Origin: Prochlorococcaceae cyanobacterium Fu_MAG_50
Lineage (GTDB): Bacteria; Cyanobacteriota; Cyanobacteriia; PCC-6307; Cyanobiaceae
NCBI GenBank assembly: GCA_036012625.1
Contig: DASCPR010000172.1
Span: 1-29,758 of the forward strand
Length of the DNA: 29,758 nt
Direction of reading: 5' to 3'
Both the position numbers and the translations under genes were made by a program. The notes below the pieces were generated by a model. The model ran no database searches, had not been told where the DNA came from, and worked only from the letters and a program-made list of their open reading frames with translations. Shown piece after piece: positions 1-9,336 of the stretch (within the stretch, counting starts at the first letter, position 1; the number at the start of each line of letters is the position of its first letter).

Positions 1-1
1 C

Positions 2-754
2 AGCAGCATTGAGAGCAAGGGTCGTGTGGGAGATCTGGTCACCAACGCTGACCTTGCAGCTGAGCAGGCCGTGCTGGCCTTCCTCCATCAGGAAACCCCT
101 GAACTGGCGGTGCTTGCTGAGGAAAGTGGCGTTCGGGGAAAACAGAATCCCTTCTGCTGGTGCCTAGACCCCCTCGATGGCACCACAAACTTCGCCCACG
201 GCTATCCATTTTTTGCCACCTCCATCGGACTGACCTGGAATGACCAGCCAATCCTCGGTGCCGTTGATGTGCCCTTTCTCAAGGAGACCTACTGGGGATG
301 TCCTGGCAAAGGTGCCTTCTGCAATGAAACCCCCATCAGTGTCACAAGCTGTTCCGAACTCAAGGAGTCTCTGCTTGTCACCGGTTTTGCCTACGACAGA
401 CAGACGCGATTGGACAACAACTACGGGGAATTCTGCTGGCTGACCCATCGAACCCGGGGCGTGCGCAGAGGTGGCGCCGCTGCCGTGGATCTCGCCTTCA
501 TCGCCGCCGGGCGAGTCGATGGTTACTGGGAGCGGGGTCTGTCACCTTGGGATTTAGCCGCAGGTGTTGCACTCGTTGACCTTGCCGGTGGGGTTGTGAG
601 TGATTATCAGGGGGGCGACTTTGAGATCAGAAGCGGCCGAGTCCTGGCCTGCAGCAAGGATTTACAGGCTCAACTGATCGCTGCCCTCGACAGGGTTCAC
701 CCCCTGGAGGGCAGCAGCTACGGAGCCCCGGAGCTGGGTAGCGTGGGATCCTGA
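2..754 (+). CDS. suhB: Inositol monophosphatase family protein (SuhB-like), 5'-truncated by the window edge
   Basis: Seen: motifs DLVTNADLAAE, WCLDPLDGTTNFAHG, RRGGAAAVDLAFIAAGRVDGYWE and WDLAAG. The frame is open from base 2 (SSIESKGRVGD...), so the true start lies upstream. Established: IMPase metal-binding motifs. Confidence 0.9.
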   Translation, partial: SSIESKGRVGDLVTNADLAAEQAVLAFLHQETPELAVLAEESGVRGKQNPFCWCLDPLDGTTNFAHGYPFFATSIGLTWNDQPILGAVDVPFLKETYWGCPGKGAFCNETPISVTSCSELKESLLVTGFAYDRQTRLDNNYGEFCWLTHRTRGVRRGGAAAVDLAFIAAGRVDGYWERGLSPWDLAAGVALVDLAGGVVSDYQGGDFEIRSGRVLACSKDLQAQLIAALDRVHPLEGSSYGAPELGSVGS

Positions 755-775
755 GATCACACTGATCAAACTGGG

Positions 776-1951
776 ATGGGGCTGCAACCTGCAGCGGGTG
801 CACGTGATCTGAACCCCCAGCAGGTGGAGACCAACCACCAACTGCGGGAACAGCTGGCAACCGTCTATCGCCTTTGGGGTTATGACGAGGTCTCTCCGCC
901 AAGGGTCGAACGACTCGACACACTGATGGCAGGTGGGGCGATCGACAGTCGCGACATCGTCCGGCTTGTGGCTGATGACCCCCTTGGTCTTCGTCCTGAG
1001 ATGACGGCTTCGATCGCCAGGTCAGCCGGAACCCGTCTCGGCCAACGGCCCCGTCCACTGCGCCTTTGGGCCTCAGGCACAGTTTTTGAAAGTCACTTCG
1101 CTGATGAAGGTGGCTTGTCGATCGAGGAAACCCTGCAGAGCGGGGTTGAACTCTTCGGTGTCAAGGACATCAGCGCTGAGATGGAGCTGCTCTCGCTGCT
1201 GATCGAAGCGGTGGAGACCCTGCCCCTGAGTCCGCAACAGCAACCGAGCCTGCTGATCGGTCATACAGGTGTGATGGACCTGATCCTTTCATCCTGCAGT
1301 GAGCATCAGCGTGAAGCCATCCGTTCAGCCCTGGTTCACTTTGATCGCTTCGCCCTTGAGCAACTCAACCTGCCTCTGCCCGACTATCAGCGTCTGGTCG
1401 AGATGCTCGACCAACGCGGGGAACCGGAAAAAGTGCTCGCCTCTTTGATGCAAACCTTCGGCAGCCAGCCAGCCCTTGAAAATCTTCAGCGGCTATTTGA
1501 ACTGCTGCTCCCCTTGGCGGCTGAGCAGGGCATCTGCCTCCAGCTCGACCCCACCTTCCATCCCCATTTTGAGCTCTATAATGGCCTTGTCTTCCAACTC
1601 GTCTGTCAGGGGGATTCAGCACCGGTGGTGATCGCCCGCGGCGGTCGCTACGACGGCCTCGTGGCTCGCTTTGGCGCCGAGGCCTCCGACGCTGGCGGCG
1701 CTGGATTCAGCTTCGCCATTGATGCGATCAGAGAATTGCTGAGCGGTCAGCTGAACCCACCGGAAAGCTGCAGCGCAACACTTGTGGCATTCAGCGCCAA
1801 AAACTCTCTGGAGCAGGCGTTCAAACGCCAGCGGGCCCTCCATCAGCAAGGCAGAAGGGCCGTCGTCGAATTTGCCCCCTGTGCAGACATTCAATCAGCC
1901 GGAACCCTTCTGGCGATGAGAGGTTGCAGGGAGCTCGACTGGTTGGACTGA
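776..1951 (+). CDS. hisZ: ATP phosphoribosyltransferase regulatory subunit
   Basis: Seen: [38 protein letters not shown] and ARGGRYDGL, a HisRS-like fold of 391 aa. Established: HisZ signature. Confidence 0.93.
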   Translation: MGLQPAAGARDLNPQQVETNHQLREQLATVYRLWGYDEVSPPRVERLDTLMAGGAIDSRDIVRLVADDPLGLRPEMTASIARSAGTRLGQRPRPLRLWASGTVFESHFADEGGLSIEETLQSGVELFGVKDISAEMELLSLLIEAVETLPLSPQQQPSLLIGHTGVMDLILSSCSEHQREAIRSALVHFDRFALEQLNLPLPDYQRLVEMLDQRGEPEKVLASLMQTFGSQPALENLQRLFELLLPLAAEQGICLQLDPTFHPHFELYNGLVFQLVCQGDSAPVVIARGGRYDGLVARFGAEASDAGGAGFSFAIDAIRELLSGQLNPPESCSATLVAFSAKNSLEQAFKRQRALHQQGRRAVVEFAPCADIQSAGTLLAMRGCRELDWLD

Positions 1952-2012
1952 GAGGGATCCCCAACGGCACTGAGGCCTGTGGTCACTGATCACTGAGCAA
2001 CTCCCAGCGTCG

Positions 2013-2038
2013 CTTCCGGGCAGGTGTCCTCCCGGAAG
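2013..2038 (+). other. 8-bp stem hairpin (CTTCCGGG-N10-CCCGGAAG) in the hisZ-htpG spacer
   Basis: Seen: perfect 8-bp inverted repeat with a 10-nt loop and no immediate U-tract. Function (terminator or 5' UTR structure) is inference. Confidence 0.5.
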
Positions 2039-2119
2039 GTTGGGTTTTCTGCCCACGCCAGACCTTGGCGAGGTGCATGTCAACAGGTGATTCTGGTAGT
2101 CACAACGCCTAAGAGTTCA

Positions 2120-4030
2120 GTGGTTCAAGCCGAGCAGGGACAGATTCAGATCCATACCGAGAACATCTTTCCGATCATCAAGAAAGCTGTTTACTCAGGC
2201 CACGAAGTTTTTCTCAGAGAACTGGTCAGCAATGGTGTTGATGCGATCAATAAGCGGCGCATGGCGGCCATGGCCGGTGATTGCAGTGAGGGTGATGAAG
2301 GCCTGATCAACATCCGCATCGATCGCGAAGCCAAGACACTCACCATTACCGACAACGGCATTGGCATGTCGGCGGAGGAAGTGAAGCGCTATATCAATCA
2401 GGTTGCCTTCTCCAGTGCGGAGGACTTCCTAGAGAAATACAAACAGGAAGACGATGCCATCATCGGCCATTTCGGTCTGGGCTTCTACTCCAGCTTCATG
2501 GTTGCCAGCCAGGTAGAGCTGATTACAAAGTCCGCACGTCCAGACAGTGAGGCCGTGCACTGGAGTTGTGATGGTTCTCCAAACTTCAGTCTTGATTCAG
2601 GCCAACGTGACCAACCGGGAACGGATGTGATCCTTCATCTGATGGAAGATGAAATGGAATACATCGAGCCAACAAGAATACGCAATATGATTACAACATA
2701 CTGCGATTTCATGTCAGTACAGGTTCAGCTCGAAGGTGAGACTGTCAATAAAAGGCAAGCACCATGGCGCCAAAATCCTCGCGAACTTAAGGATCAAGAC
2801 TATATTGATCTCTACCATTACCTATATCCTTTTCAGGGTGATCCCCTCCTATGGGTTCATCTGAATACCGATTATCCCTACAACCTTCAGGGAATCCTCT
2901 ATTTCCCCAGACTAACTGGACGTGCTGACTGGGAGAAAGGCGAAATCAGGCTCTATTGCAACCAGGTCTTCGTCAGCGACTCGATCAAGGAAGTTGTCCC
3001 CCGCTATTTATTGCCCTTGCGAGGAGTTCTTGATTCACCGGATATCCCGCTCAATGTCAGCCGCAGTGCCCTGCAGACTGATCGACGGGTTCGTTCGATT
3101 GGTAGTTTCGTTTCCAAGAAGATTGCTGATCGGATACGGACTCTCAAGGAAGACGACCCTTCCGCCTATGCCGAGGCCTGGGAGTCCCTGGCTCCCTTTG
3201 TGAAAATAGGTGCCATGGAGGATGAGAAATTTGCAGATCAGGTTGCAAATCTGATCCTTTTTGGAACCACCGGAAAATCAACATCTGAGCAAGAAAACAA
3301 CGACGTTGATCTCATCTCAGCTGGTGACAAGAATTACACAACTCTTGAGGGGTATCGCAGTCGGCTCAATTCCGGAGAGTCGAAGATCCTTTATTGCACC
3401 GATGAGGTCTCCCAGGCCGGTGCCTTGAACCTCTGGACCAACCAGGGCAATGAAGTTCTGATGGCGGAAACCGTTATTGATGCCCAGTTCATCCCCTGGC
3501 TGGAAAGCCGACATGAAGAGCTCCATTTCCAGAGAGTCGATTCAGAAATCGATGAGAGCCTCGGGGAAGATCAGCCGGAACTGGCGGATCAGGATGGAGA
3601 GACTCAGTCTGAATCTCTGCGTTCCTTGATCAAGGAAGCACTTCAGAATGACAAGGTCACCATCAAGGTTCAGTCTCTTAAAGGTGAGAATTCACCACCG
3701 GCGATGATTCTGCTGCCTGAACAGATGAGACGCCTCAACGACATGGGAGCGTTGATGGAGCAGCGTCTGCCGGGGCTCCCCGATCACCACGTTCTGCTGA
3801 TCAATCGCCGCCATCCCCTGGTTGAGGGAATCCAGAAGCTCAGATCCGGGTCTGTGCTTGTCGGCAGCACCGCCGCACAGTCTCCAACCGAAACTCTGGC
3901 GAAGGATCTGGCCTGTCATCTCTACGAGATGGCCAAACTCGGTGTGGGCGGCTTGGAACCTGCGGAACTGGCAGGATTCCAGAACCGCAGTGCAGTGCTG
4001 ATGGGAGAGCTGATGAGCCGGGCGCTTTAA
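2120..4030 (+). CDS. htpG: Hsp90 chaperone HtpG
   Basis: Seen: GQIQIHTENIFPIIKK, FLRELVSNGVDA, DNGIGM, IGHFGLGFYS and LNVSRSALQ. Start moved from the ORF-track 2024 to the in-frame GTG at 2120, just before the conserved N-terminus (inference). Confidence 0.96.
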   Translation: MVQAEQGQIQIHTENIFPIIKKAVYSGHEVFLRELVSNGVDAINKRRMAAMAGDCSEGDEGLINIRIDREAKTLTITDNGIGMSAEEVKRYINQVAFSSAEDFLEKYKQEDDAIIGHFGLGFYSSFMVASQVELITKSARPDSEAVHWSCDGSPNFSLDSGQRDQPGTDVILHLMEDEMEYIEPTRIRNMITTYCDFMSVQVQLEGETVNKRQAPWRQNPRELKDQDYIDLYHYLYPFQGDPLLWVHLNTDYPYNLQGILYFPRLTGRADWEKGEIRLYCNQVFVSDSIKEVVPRYLLPLRGVLDSPDIPLNVSRSALQTDRRVRSIGSFVSKKIADRIRTLKEDDPSAYAEAWESLAPFVKIGAMEDEKFADQVANLILFGTTGKSTSEQENNDVDLISAGDKNYTTLEGYRSRLNSGESKILYCTDEVSQAGALNLWTNQGNEVLMAETVIDAQFIPWLESRHEELHFQRVDSEIDESLGEDQPELADQDGETQSESLRSLIKEALQNDKVTIKVQSLKGENSPPAMILLPEQMRRLNDMGALMEQRLPGLPDHHVLLINRRHPLVEGIQKLRSGSVLVGSTAAQSPTETLAKDLACHLYEMAKLGVGGLEPAELAGFQNRSAVLMGELMSRAL

Positions 4031-4044
4031 TGCCGACCTTTTGG

Positions 4045-4087
4045 TAGACTCACATATTGGGCAAGCCGCCCATTCATTGCTAGAGGA
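4045..4087 (+). promoter_or_regulatory. Putative -10 box (TAGACT, 4045-4050) and RBS (GAGGA, 4083-4087) of rpmB
   Basis: Seen: TANNNT-type hexamer about 43 nt upstream of the ATG and a purine-rich SD-like motif 5 nt before it. The promoter role is inference. Confidence 0.45.
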
Positions 4088-4092
4088 TCAAA

Positions 4093-4329
4093 ATGTCTCG
4101 GGTGTGTCAGCTCACCGGTACTCGCGCCAACAACGGCATGGCCGTGAGTCATTCTCACATCCGAACCAAGAAGCTCCAGCAGGCCAATCTGCAGCAGCGC
4201 AAGCTCTGGTGGGCAGAAGGCAAACGCTGGGTGAACATGCGTGTCACCACTAGAGCGCTCAAGACCATTCAGAAGAAAGGTCTTGGTGCCTATGCCAAGT
4301 CCCTTGGCGTTGATCTGAATAAATTCTGA
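4093..4329 (+). CDS. rpmB: 50S ribosomal protein L28
   Basis: Seen: [34 protein letters not shown], 78 aa, basic. Established: cyanobacterial bL28. Confidence 0.98.
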   Translation: MSRVCQLTGTRANNGMAVSHSHIRTKKLQQANLQQRKLWWAEGKRWVNMRVTTRALKTIQKKGLGAYAKSLGVDLNKF

Positions 4330-4818
4330 TCGGCCATCAACAAGGCCTCAATTCACTTCGATCAGGCCTGGCATGGTCTTAGTGCTGCTTCCAGTCACCG
4401 ATCAACCCTAAAGGCTCTTATGGCTCCTAGTGAGCTAGATCATTGCCTGGGTTCCACCAGAAGCAAAGCACTCAGAGATTTAAGAGGCCAAGGTTGCTCC
4501 AGCCAATGCTGTTGAGATGACTGTGCCAAGCTTGATCAAAGCAGCTCTCAACGGAGGTTCCACCGATCAACCGGATAAGTTGCTGCTCAGAGCAGAGGCA
4601 ATGGCTCCTGTTCCATGCATTCAGATGAATGATTCAGATACTTGCATCAACGTGAACCCAAAGGCAGGCCTGACAAGCAGTGGTCAGCCAAGCTTCTCTG
4701 CAGAACCTCAGGTTCACATGCTCTTATACCAGCTGAGAAAAACTGATTTTAAAAATTCCTCAACAGAGAGCATTTTTATGATCCGCAAAAGATTCTCTTC
4801 CACTCACGAGATGAACTG

Positions 4819-6327
4819 ATGACAACAGCTCACCAAGGACGCAGTTCATTCATCCTTCTTTATCACAGAACCCCTTTCGAAGAAGGAGTTAATGAAGCAG
4901 GAGAAAGAATCTGGTGTGACCAGAAAAGTCCGAATGGAATCATTCCCACCCTCCGCAATCTTTTCCGTAGCCGATCTGATGGAACATGGATTGCCTGGAG
5001 ACAGGTTGATTCGATTGAAGATGCAGCTGATGAGTGCATTGAAATGCATGAACCAGCAAACTTCAGACTGAGACGTATCCCACTCGAAGAAGATCAGATC
5101 TCAAGCTTTTATCACGTCACATCAAAGGAAGCTTTCTGGCCAATCCTTCATACATTTCCAACCTACTTTGTTGCCGACAATGCCAACTGGAGTGTTTTTG
5201 AAGAAGTCAACCGTCGTTTTGCTAGGGCCGCCTGCAGTGAAGCAGCCCAAGGGGCAACCATCTGGGTTCATGACTACAACCTCTGGCTTGCTCCAGGTTT
5301 CATTCGTGAAGCAAGACCTGACCTGAAGATTGCCTTCTTCCATCACACTCCTTTCCCAGGAAATGATGTTTTTGCAATCCTTCCATGGCGTGAGCAGATC
5401 CTTGAAAGCCTCTTATGCTGCGACTCCGTTGGCTTCCATATTCCTCGCTATACCGAGAACTTTGCCCGTGCTGCCAGTTGTCTGGTTGGCGCAAAAAAAG
5501 GGCCAAAGGAGCCTGTTGATAAAAAATTCATCGGTGTTGGCAGTGCCCTGACTGAACCTTCAGTCACAACATGGATGAAACATAACAATCGTCAGATAAG
5601 ACTGATGTCTTCCCCGGTTGGGACCTCCCCTGACGTTATTCAGGATCTTGTAAACAGCAAGGATGTTCAACAATTTGCTGATCAGATTTCAGAAGACACC
5701 AAGAAAGGTCGAAAACTTGTTCTTTCTGCAAGCAGAGTTGATTACACAAAGGGCAATGAAGAACTTCTGCTCGCCTTTGAGCGGCTCCTCGAACGCCGAG
5801 AGGACCTGCACGGCAAGGTTGTGCTGATGCTTGCCTGTGTCGCTGCAGCAAGCGGGATGCGCATTTACGAAGACACACAACGCTCCATTGAAGAGATGGC
5901 AGGAAGAATCAATGGACGTTTCAGCCGGATTGATTGGGTCCCCATCCGTTTCTCCACAAGACGAATTCCCTATGAAGAGATGGTGGCCTGGTTCTCCCAG
6001 GCTGATGTCTGCTGGATCACCCCATTACGGGATGGCCTCAATCTTGTCGCTAAAGAATATGCAGCTGCGCGCAAGAACAAAGCCGGCGTGCTTGTGCTCT
6101 CGGAATTTGCCGGCTCATCCGTGGTGCTTGATGGTGCCCTGCTCACCAACCCCTATTCCCATCGCCGCATGGATGAGGCCATCGAGGGGGCTCTGGACAT
6201 GGATGAGGCGGAACAATTGCGACGCATGGCCTTGATGACAGCTGCGGTGGAGGCTTACACCGTCAAGGACTGGGCCGAAGAACAGATGACAGGCCTTGAT
6301 CTGCCCGCTTCAACGGTCGATCGATGA
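4819..6327 (+). CDS. ggpS: Glucosylglycerol-phosphate synthase (GT20 family)
   Basis: Seen: SSFILLYHRTPF, IWVHDYNLW, FFHHTPFP, RVDYTKG and TPLRDGLNLVAKEY. Established: GT20/OtsA-like motifs. The N-terminus matches cyanobacterial GgpS as I recall it. Confidence 0.9.
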   Translation: MTTAHQGRSSFILLYHRTPFEEGVNEAGERIWCDQKSPNGIIPTLRNLFRSRSDGTWIAWRQVDSIEDAADECIEMHEPANFRLRRIPLEEDQISSFYHVTSKEAFWPILHTFPTYFVADNANWSVFEEVNRRFARAACSEAAQGATIWVHDYNLWLAPGFIREARPDLKIAFFHHTPFPGNDVFAILPWREQILESLLCCDSVGFHIPRYTENFARAASCLVGAKKGPKEPVDKKFIGVGSALTEPSVTTWMKHNNRQIRLMSSPVGTSPDVIQDLVNSKDVQQFADQISEDTKKGRKLVLSASRVDYTKGNEELLLAFERLLERREDLHGKVVLMLACVAAASGMRIYEDTQRSIEEMAGRINGRFSRIDWVPIRFSTRRIPYEEMVAWFSQADVCWITPLRDGLNLVAKEYAAARKNKAGVLVLSEFAGSSVVLDGALLTNPYSHRRMDEAIEGALDMDEAEQLRRMALMTAAVEAYTVKDWAEEQMTGLDLPASTVDR

Positions 6328-7592
6328 AGACCTGGCGGCGATGGTTGGCAGCGCTTTGCATCCCACTGATGGCAGTGATGGTCTATGCCGGCTGGGCCGG
6401 AACGTTCACAGCCAAACAGGTGAACGTGCTGATGGCTGCTCCATTTGCTGATTCAACCAAGACTCTGGTGCAGCAATTCAATCGTGAGCATCGCGGTCGC
6501 ATTCATTTGCACGTCACCAGAGGCCCGCTGGAGACAGAAGCGATTTCTGATCTGGCGATCAGCAGTCTGCTGCTTGGCAAAGCACCTTTTGATGTTCTGC
6601 TGATGGATATCACCTGGGTTCCCAAGTACGCGGCCGCTGGCTGGCTGATCCCCCTGGATCCCTGGTTCAACCAGGAGAAGATTGATTCCCTTGCCGGCGG
6701 AGTGAAATTGGGCAACTCCTACAACAACACTCTCTATCGCTGGCCTTTCGAGGCCTCCATGGGCTTGCTCTTCTGGCGAACCGATCTGATGGACGAACCT
6801 CCACGCACACCGGAGGACTTGATCGCAGTCAGTCAGAAACTGCAACGGGAAGGACGTGTTGACTATGGCTATGTCTGGCAGGGCCGACAGTACGAAGGTC
6901 TCAGCTGTGATTTTCTCGAGGTCATCGACGGCTTCGGCGGTGATTGGTTCGATCCCGAAACCGATCAAGTGGGGCTGGACAGCCCAGCTGCCCTCAAGGC
7001 AGCTGGCTGGCTGAGGGAACTGATCACCAGCGGTGTGAGTCCAAAGGCCGTCACCAACTTCGCCGAACCGGAGAGTCTGCAGGCCTTCAGATCCGGGGAT
7101 TCGGCAATGATGAGGAACTGGCCCTTCGCCTGGGCTGAACTGCAGAAACCAGACAGTGCAGTGCGAGGTCATGTGGGGGTCACCACCATGGTGGCGGCTC
7201 CTGGCCATTCCCCGGCAGCAACCCTGGGTAGCTGGGGACTCGCGATTCTCAAAGGTGCTTCCGATCCAGACGCGGCCGCAGAGGTGGTGCAGTTCCTCAC
7301 ATCTGAATCAGCCCAGAAGCAGATGTTCCTCAACCACGGCTACGCCCCAACCCAGACAGCTCTTTTCCAAGACCCGGAACTGCTTGAGGTTGCACCGATT
7401 CTTTTGGAACTCGGCAAGGCCCTTGAGATCACCAGATCCCGCCCGGAAACACCGCTCTATGCGCAGATCAGTGATGTGCTGCAGCGCCAGTTGAGTGGAA
7501 TTCTCACTGGGCAGGACACTGTTGAGCAGGGCATGAATGGAGCGCAATCCATCACCGAGCAGGTGCTTGCCTCTTCCGGAGACGTCAGATGA
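6324..7592 (+). CDS. Sugar ABC transporter substrate-binding protein (CUT1; probable glucosylglycerol/trehalose/sucrose uptake)
   Basis: Seen: N-terminal hydrophobic signal, FDVLLMDITWVPKYAAAGWL, YGYVWQGRQYEGLSC and MMRNWPFAW; ATGA overlap with ggpS. The substrate is inferred from context. Confidence 0.88.
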   Translation: MKTWRRWLAALCIPLMAVMVYAGWAGTFTAKQVNVLMAAPFADSTKTLVQQFNREHRGRIHLHVTRGPLETEAISDLAISSLLLGKAPFDVLLMDITWVPKYAAAGWLIPLDPWFNQEKIDSLAGGVKLGNSYNNTLYRWPFEASMGLLFWRTDLMDEPPRTPEDLIAVSQKLQREGRVDYGYVWQGRQYEGLSCDFLEVIDGFGGDWFDPETDQVGLDSPAALKAAGWLRELITSGVSPKAVTNFAEPESLQAFRSGDSAMMRNWPFAWAELQKPDSAVRGHVGVTTMVAAPGHSPAATLGSWGLAILKGASDPDAAAEVVQFLTSESAQKQMFLNHGYAPTQTALFQDPELLEVAPILLELGKALEITRSRPETPLYAQISDVLQRQLSGILTGQDTVEQGMNGAQSITEQVLASSGDVR

Positions 7593-8521
7593 GCAAGCCG
7601 AAGATCGGTAAGCCTCGGCAGCTGTCTGGACGGCTGTTTGATGCTGGCCCCCTGTCTCTGTCCTTGCTGCTCTTACCAGCTCTGTTGCTGGTCGCCATTG
7701 TTTTCGGCGTTCCGTTGATTCGTTATGGCTGGCTCAGTGGCCATGCTGATTCCGTACTCACTGGCCTTGTGGCCGTTCCCAATCAGGGTGCCAACTGGCT
7801 GCGTTTGATCCATGACCAGCGTTTCTGGCAGGACACCGCCCAGACAGCTCGCTTCGCGGTTGTTTCGGTGGGATTGGAATTACTTCTTGCCCTGGCCATT
7901 GCCCTGCTGCTGGATCAGCGTTGGCGTGGTCGCGGAGTGATTCGAGCCCTCAGCCTGCTGCCATGGGCCCTGCCCACAACAATGATGGCCCTGGGCTGGC
8001 GCTGGATTTTCAACACGCCCTACGGACCGATTGACCAGCTGGCAGGTCTTGTAGGGCTGCAATCTCTCAATATCCTCTCCAATCCCAAAATCACTTGGCT
8101 GGCAACGGTTCTTGCCGACGTCTGGAAAACGACCCCGTTCATCGCCCTGATCCTGCTTGCAGGCCTGCAGACCATTCCTGAAGACCTCTACGAAGCCTTT
8201 CGGCTTGAGGGGGGACGTTCTGTCAATGCCCTGAAACGCATCACCCTGCCGTTGCTGCAGCCCTACATCCTGATGGGGCTCCTGTTTCGACTTGCCCAGG
8301 CCTTCGGGGTCTTTGATCTGATTCAGGTGATGACAGGGGGAGGACCTGCCAGCAGCACCGAAAGTCTTGCTCTTTATGCCTATCTCAATGCGATGCGCTT
8401 TCTCGACTTCGGCTACAGCGCCACGGTGATGATCGGAAGTTTTCTGTTGCTTGTGATCTCCTGTCTGCTCACCTGGCTTCTGGTCAGTTGGCGGGGAGCC
8501 TTGAAAGGAGTCAGCCGATGA
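7589..8521 (+). CDS. Sugar ABC transporter permease (MalF/GgtC-like)
   Basis: Seen: multiple TM segments and the EAA-loop variant LAGLQTIPEDLYEAFRLEG; ATGA overlap with the upstream gene. Confidence 0.9.
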   Translation: MSKPKIGKPRQLSGRLFDAGPLSLSLLLLPALLLVAIVFGVPLIRYGWLSGHADSVLTGLVAVPNQGANWLRLIHDQRFWQDTAQTARFAVVSVGLELLLALAIALLLDQRWRGRGVIRALSLLPWALPTTMMALGWRWIFNTPYGPIDQLAGLVGLQSLNILSNPKITWLATVLADVWKTTPFIALILLAGLQTIPEDLYEAFRLEGGRSVNALKRITLPLLQPYILMGLLFRLAQAFGVFDLIQVMTGGGPASSTESLALYAYLNAMRFLDFGYSATVMIGSFLLLVISCLLTWLLVSWRGALKGVSR

Positions 8522-9336
8522 CAGGAGCGCGCAAGGTCTGGATCGCAGCTCTGCTGCTGTGGTCCCTGGCACCGATGATCTGGCAGATCTACACGTCTTT
8601 CTGCAGTTCAGAAGCCCTGGTGCAGCCCCTCGCCAACATCGGCCAGCAATGGACGCTTGACAATTATCGCCAGGTTCTCAACTCTGACCCGCCATTCTGG
8701 CGCTATATCCTCAACAGCAGCTTCGTTGGTGCCAGCACAACGGTTCTGACCCTGGTTCTGGCCATCCCAGCTGCCTACTCGATCGCCAGAGTCCCACCTC
8801 GCCTTGCCAGAGCGACAAAACTGTTTCTGCTCGCCGCAGCGCTCTTTCCCTATGTTCTGCTGTTTCTGGCCCTGTTGGAGCTGGCACGAACCCTGAATCT
8901 CGGCAACAACCTTCTCGCCTTGACCCTCCCCTACGCAGCATTGTCAATGCCTCTTGCTGTGCTGTTGCTGTCATCAGCCTTTGAGGATCTTCCCGTCGAA
9001 CTTGAGGAGGCGGCAAGGCTTGAAGGTCTCGGACTTTGGCAACGGTTGCGCTGGATTTTGATTCCCCTGATCACCCCGGCCACAGCAAGCACAGCCATTC
9101 TTGTTTTCCTGTTCTCCTGGAACGAATACCCCATCGCTCTCACCTGGATCAGCCGATCTGAACTGCTCACCCTGCCGGTCGCGATGGCACGCATCGCCGG
9201 ATCCTCGATTTATTCGATTCCCTACGGTGCCTTTGCCGCTGCGACAGTGCTTGGGGCCTTACCCCTTGTGCTGCTTGTGCTGATCTTCCAGCGCCAGATT
9301 GTCTCCGGACTCACCAATGGAGCTGTCAAAGGATGA
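8518..9336 (+). CDS. Sugar ABC transporter permease (MalG/GgtD-like)
   Basis: Seen: EAA loop LPVELEEAARLEG and FLFSWNEY. Start placed at ATG 8518 because it forms an ATGA overlap with the previous stop (8519-8521). Confidence 0.9.
   Translation: MTGARKVWIAALLLWSLAPMIWQIYTSFCSSEALVQPLANIGQQWTLDNYRQVLNSDPPFWRYILNSSFVGASTTVLTLVLAIPAAYSIARVPPRLARATKLFLLAAALFPYVLLFLALLELARTLNLGNNLLALTLPYAALSMPLAVLLLSSAFEDLPVELEEAARLEGLGLWQRLRWILIPLITPATASTAILVFLFSWNEYPIALTWISRSELLTLPVAMARIAGSSIYSIPYGAFAAATVLGALPLVLLVLIFQRQIVSGLTNGAVKG

Noticed and set aside
2024-2119. N-terminal extension of HtpG given by the ORF track
   Set aside because: Conserved HtpG sequence begins at the GTG at 2120. The extension is non-homologous and spans a hairpin-containing spacer.
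1952-2119. CIRCE element upstream of htpG
   Set aside because: No TTAGCACTC-N9-GAGTGCTAA match on either strand.
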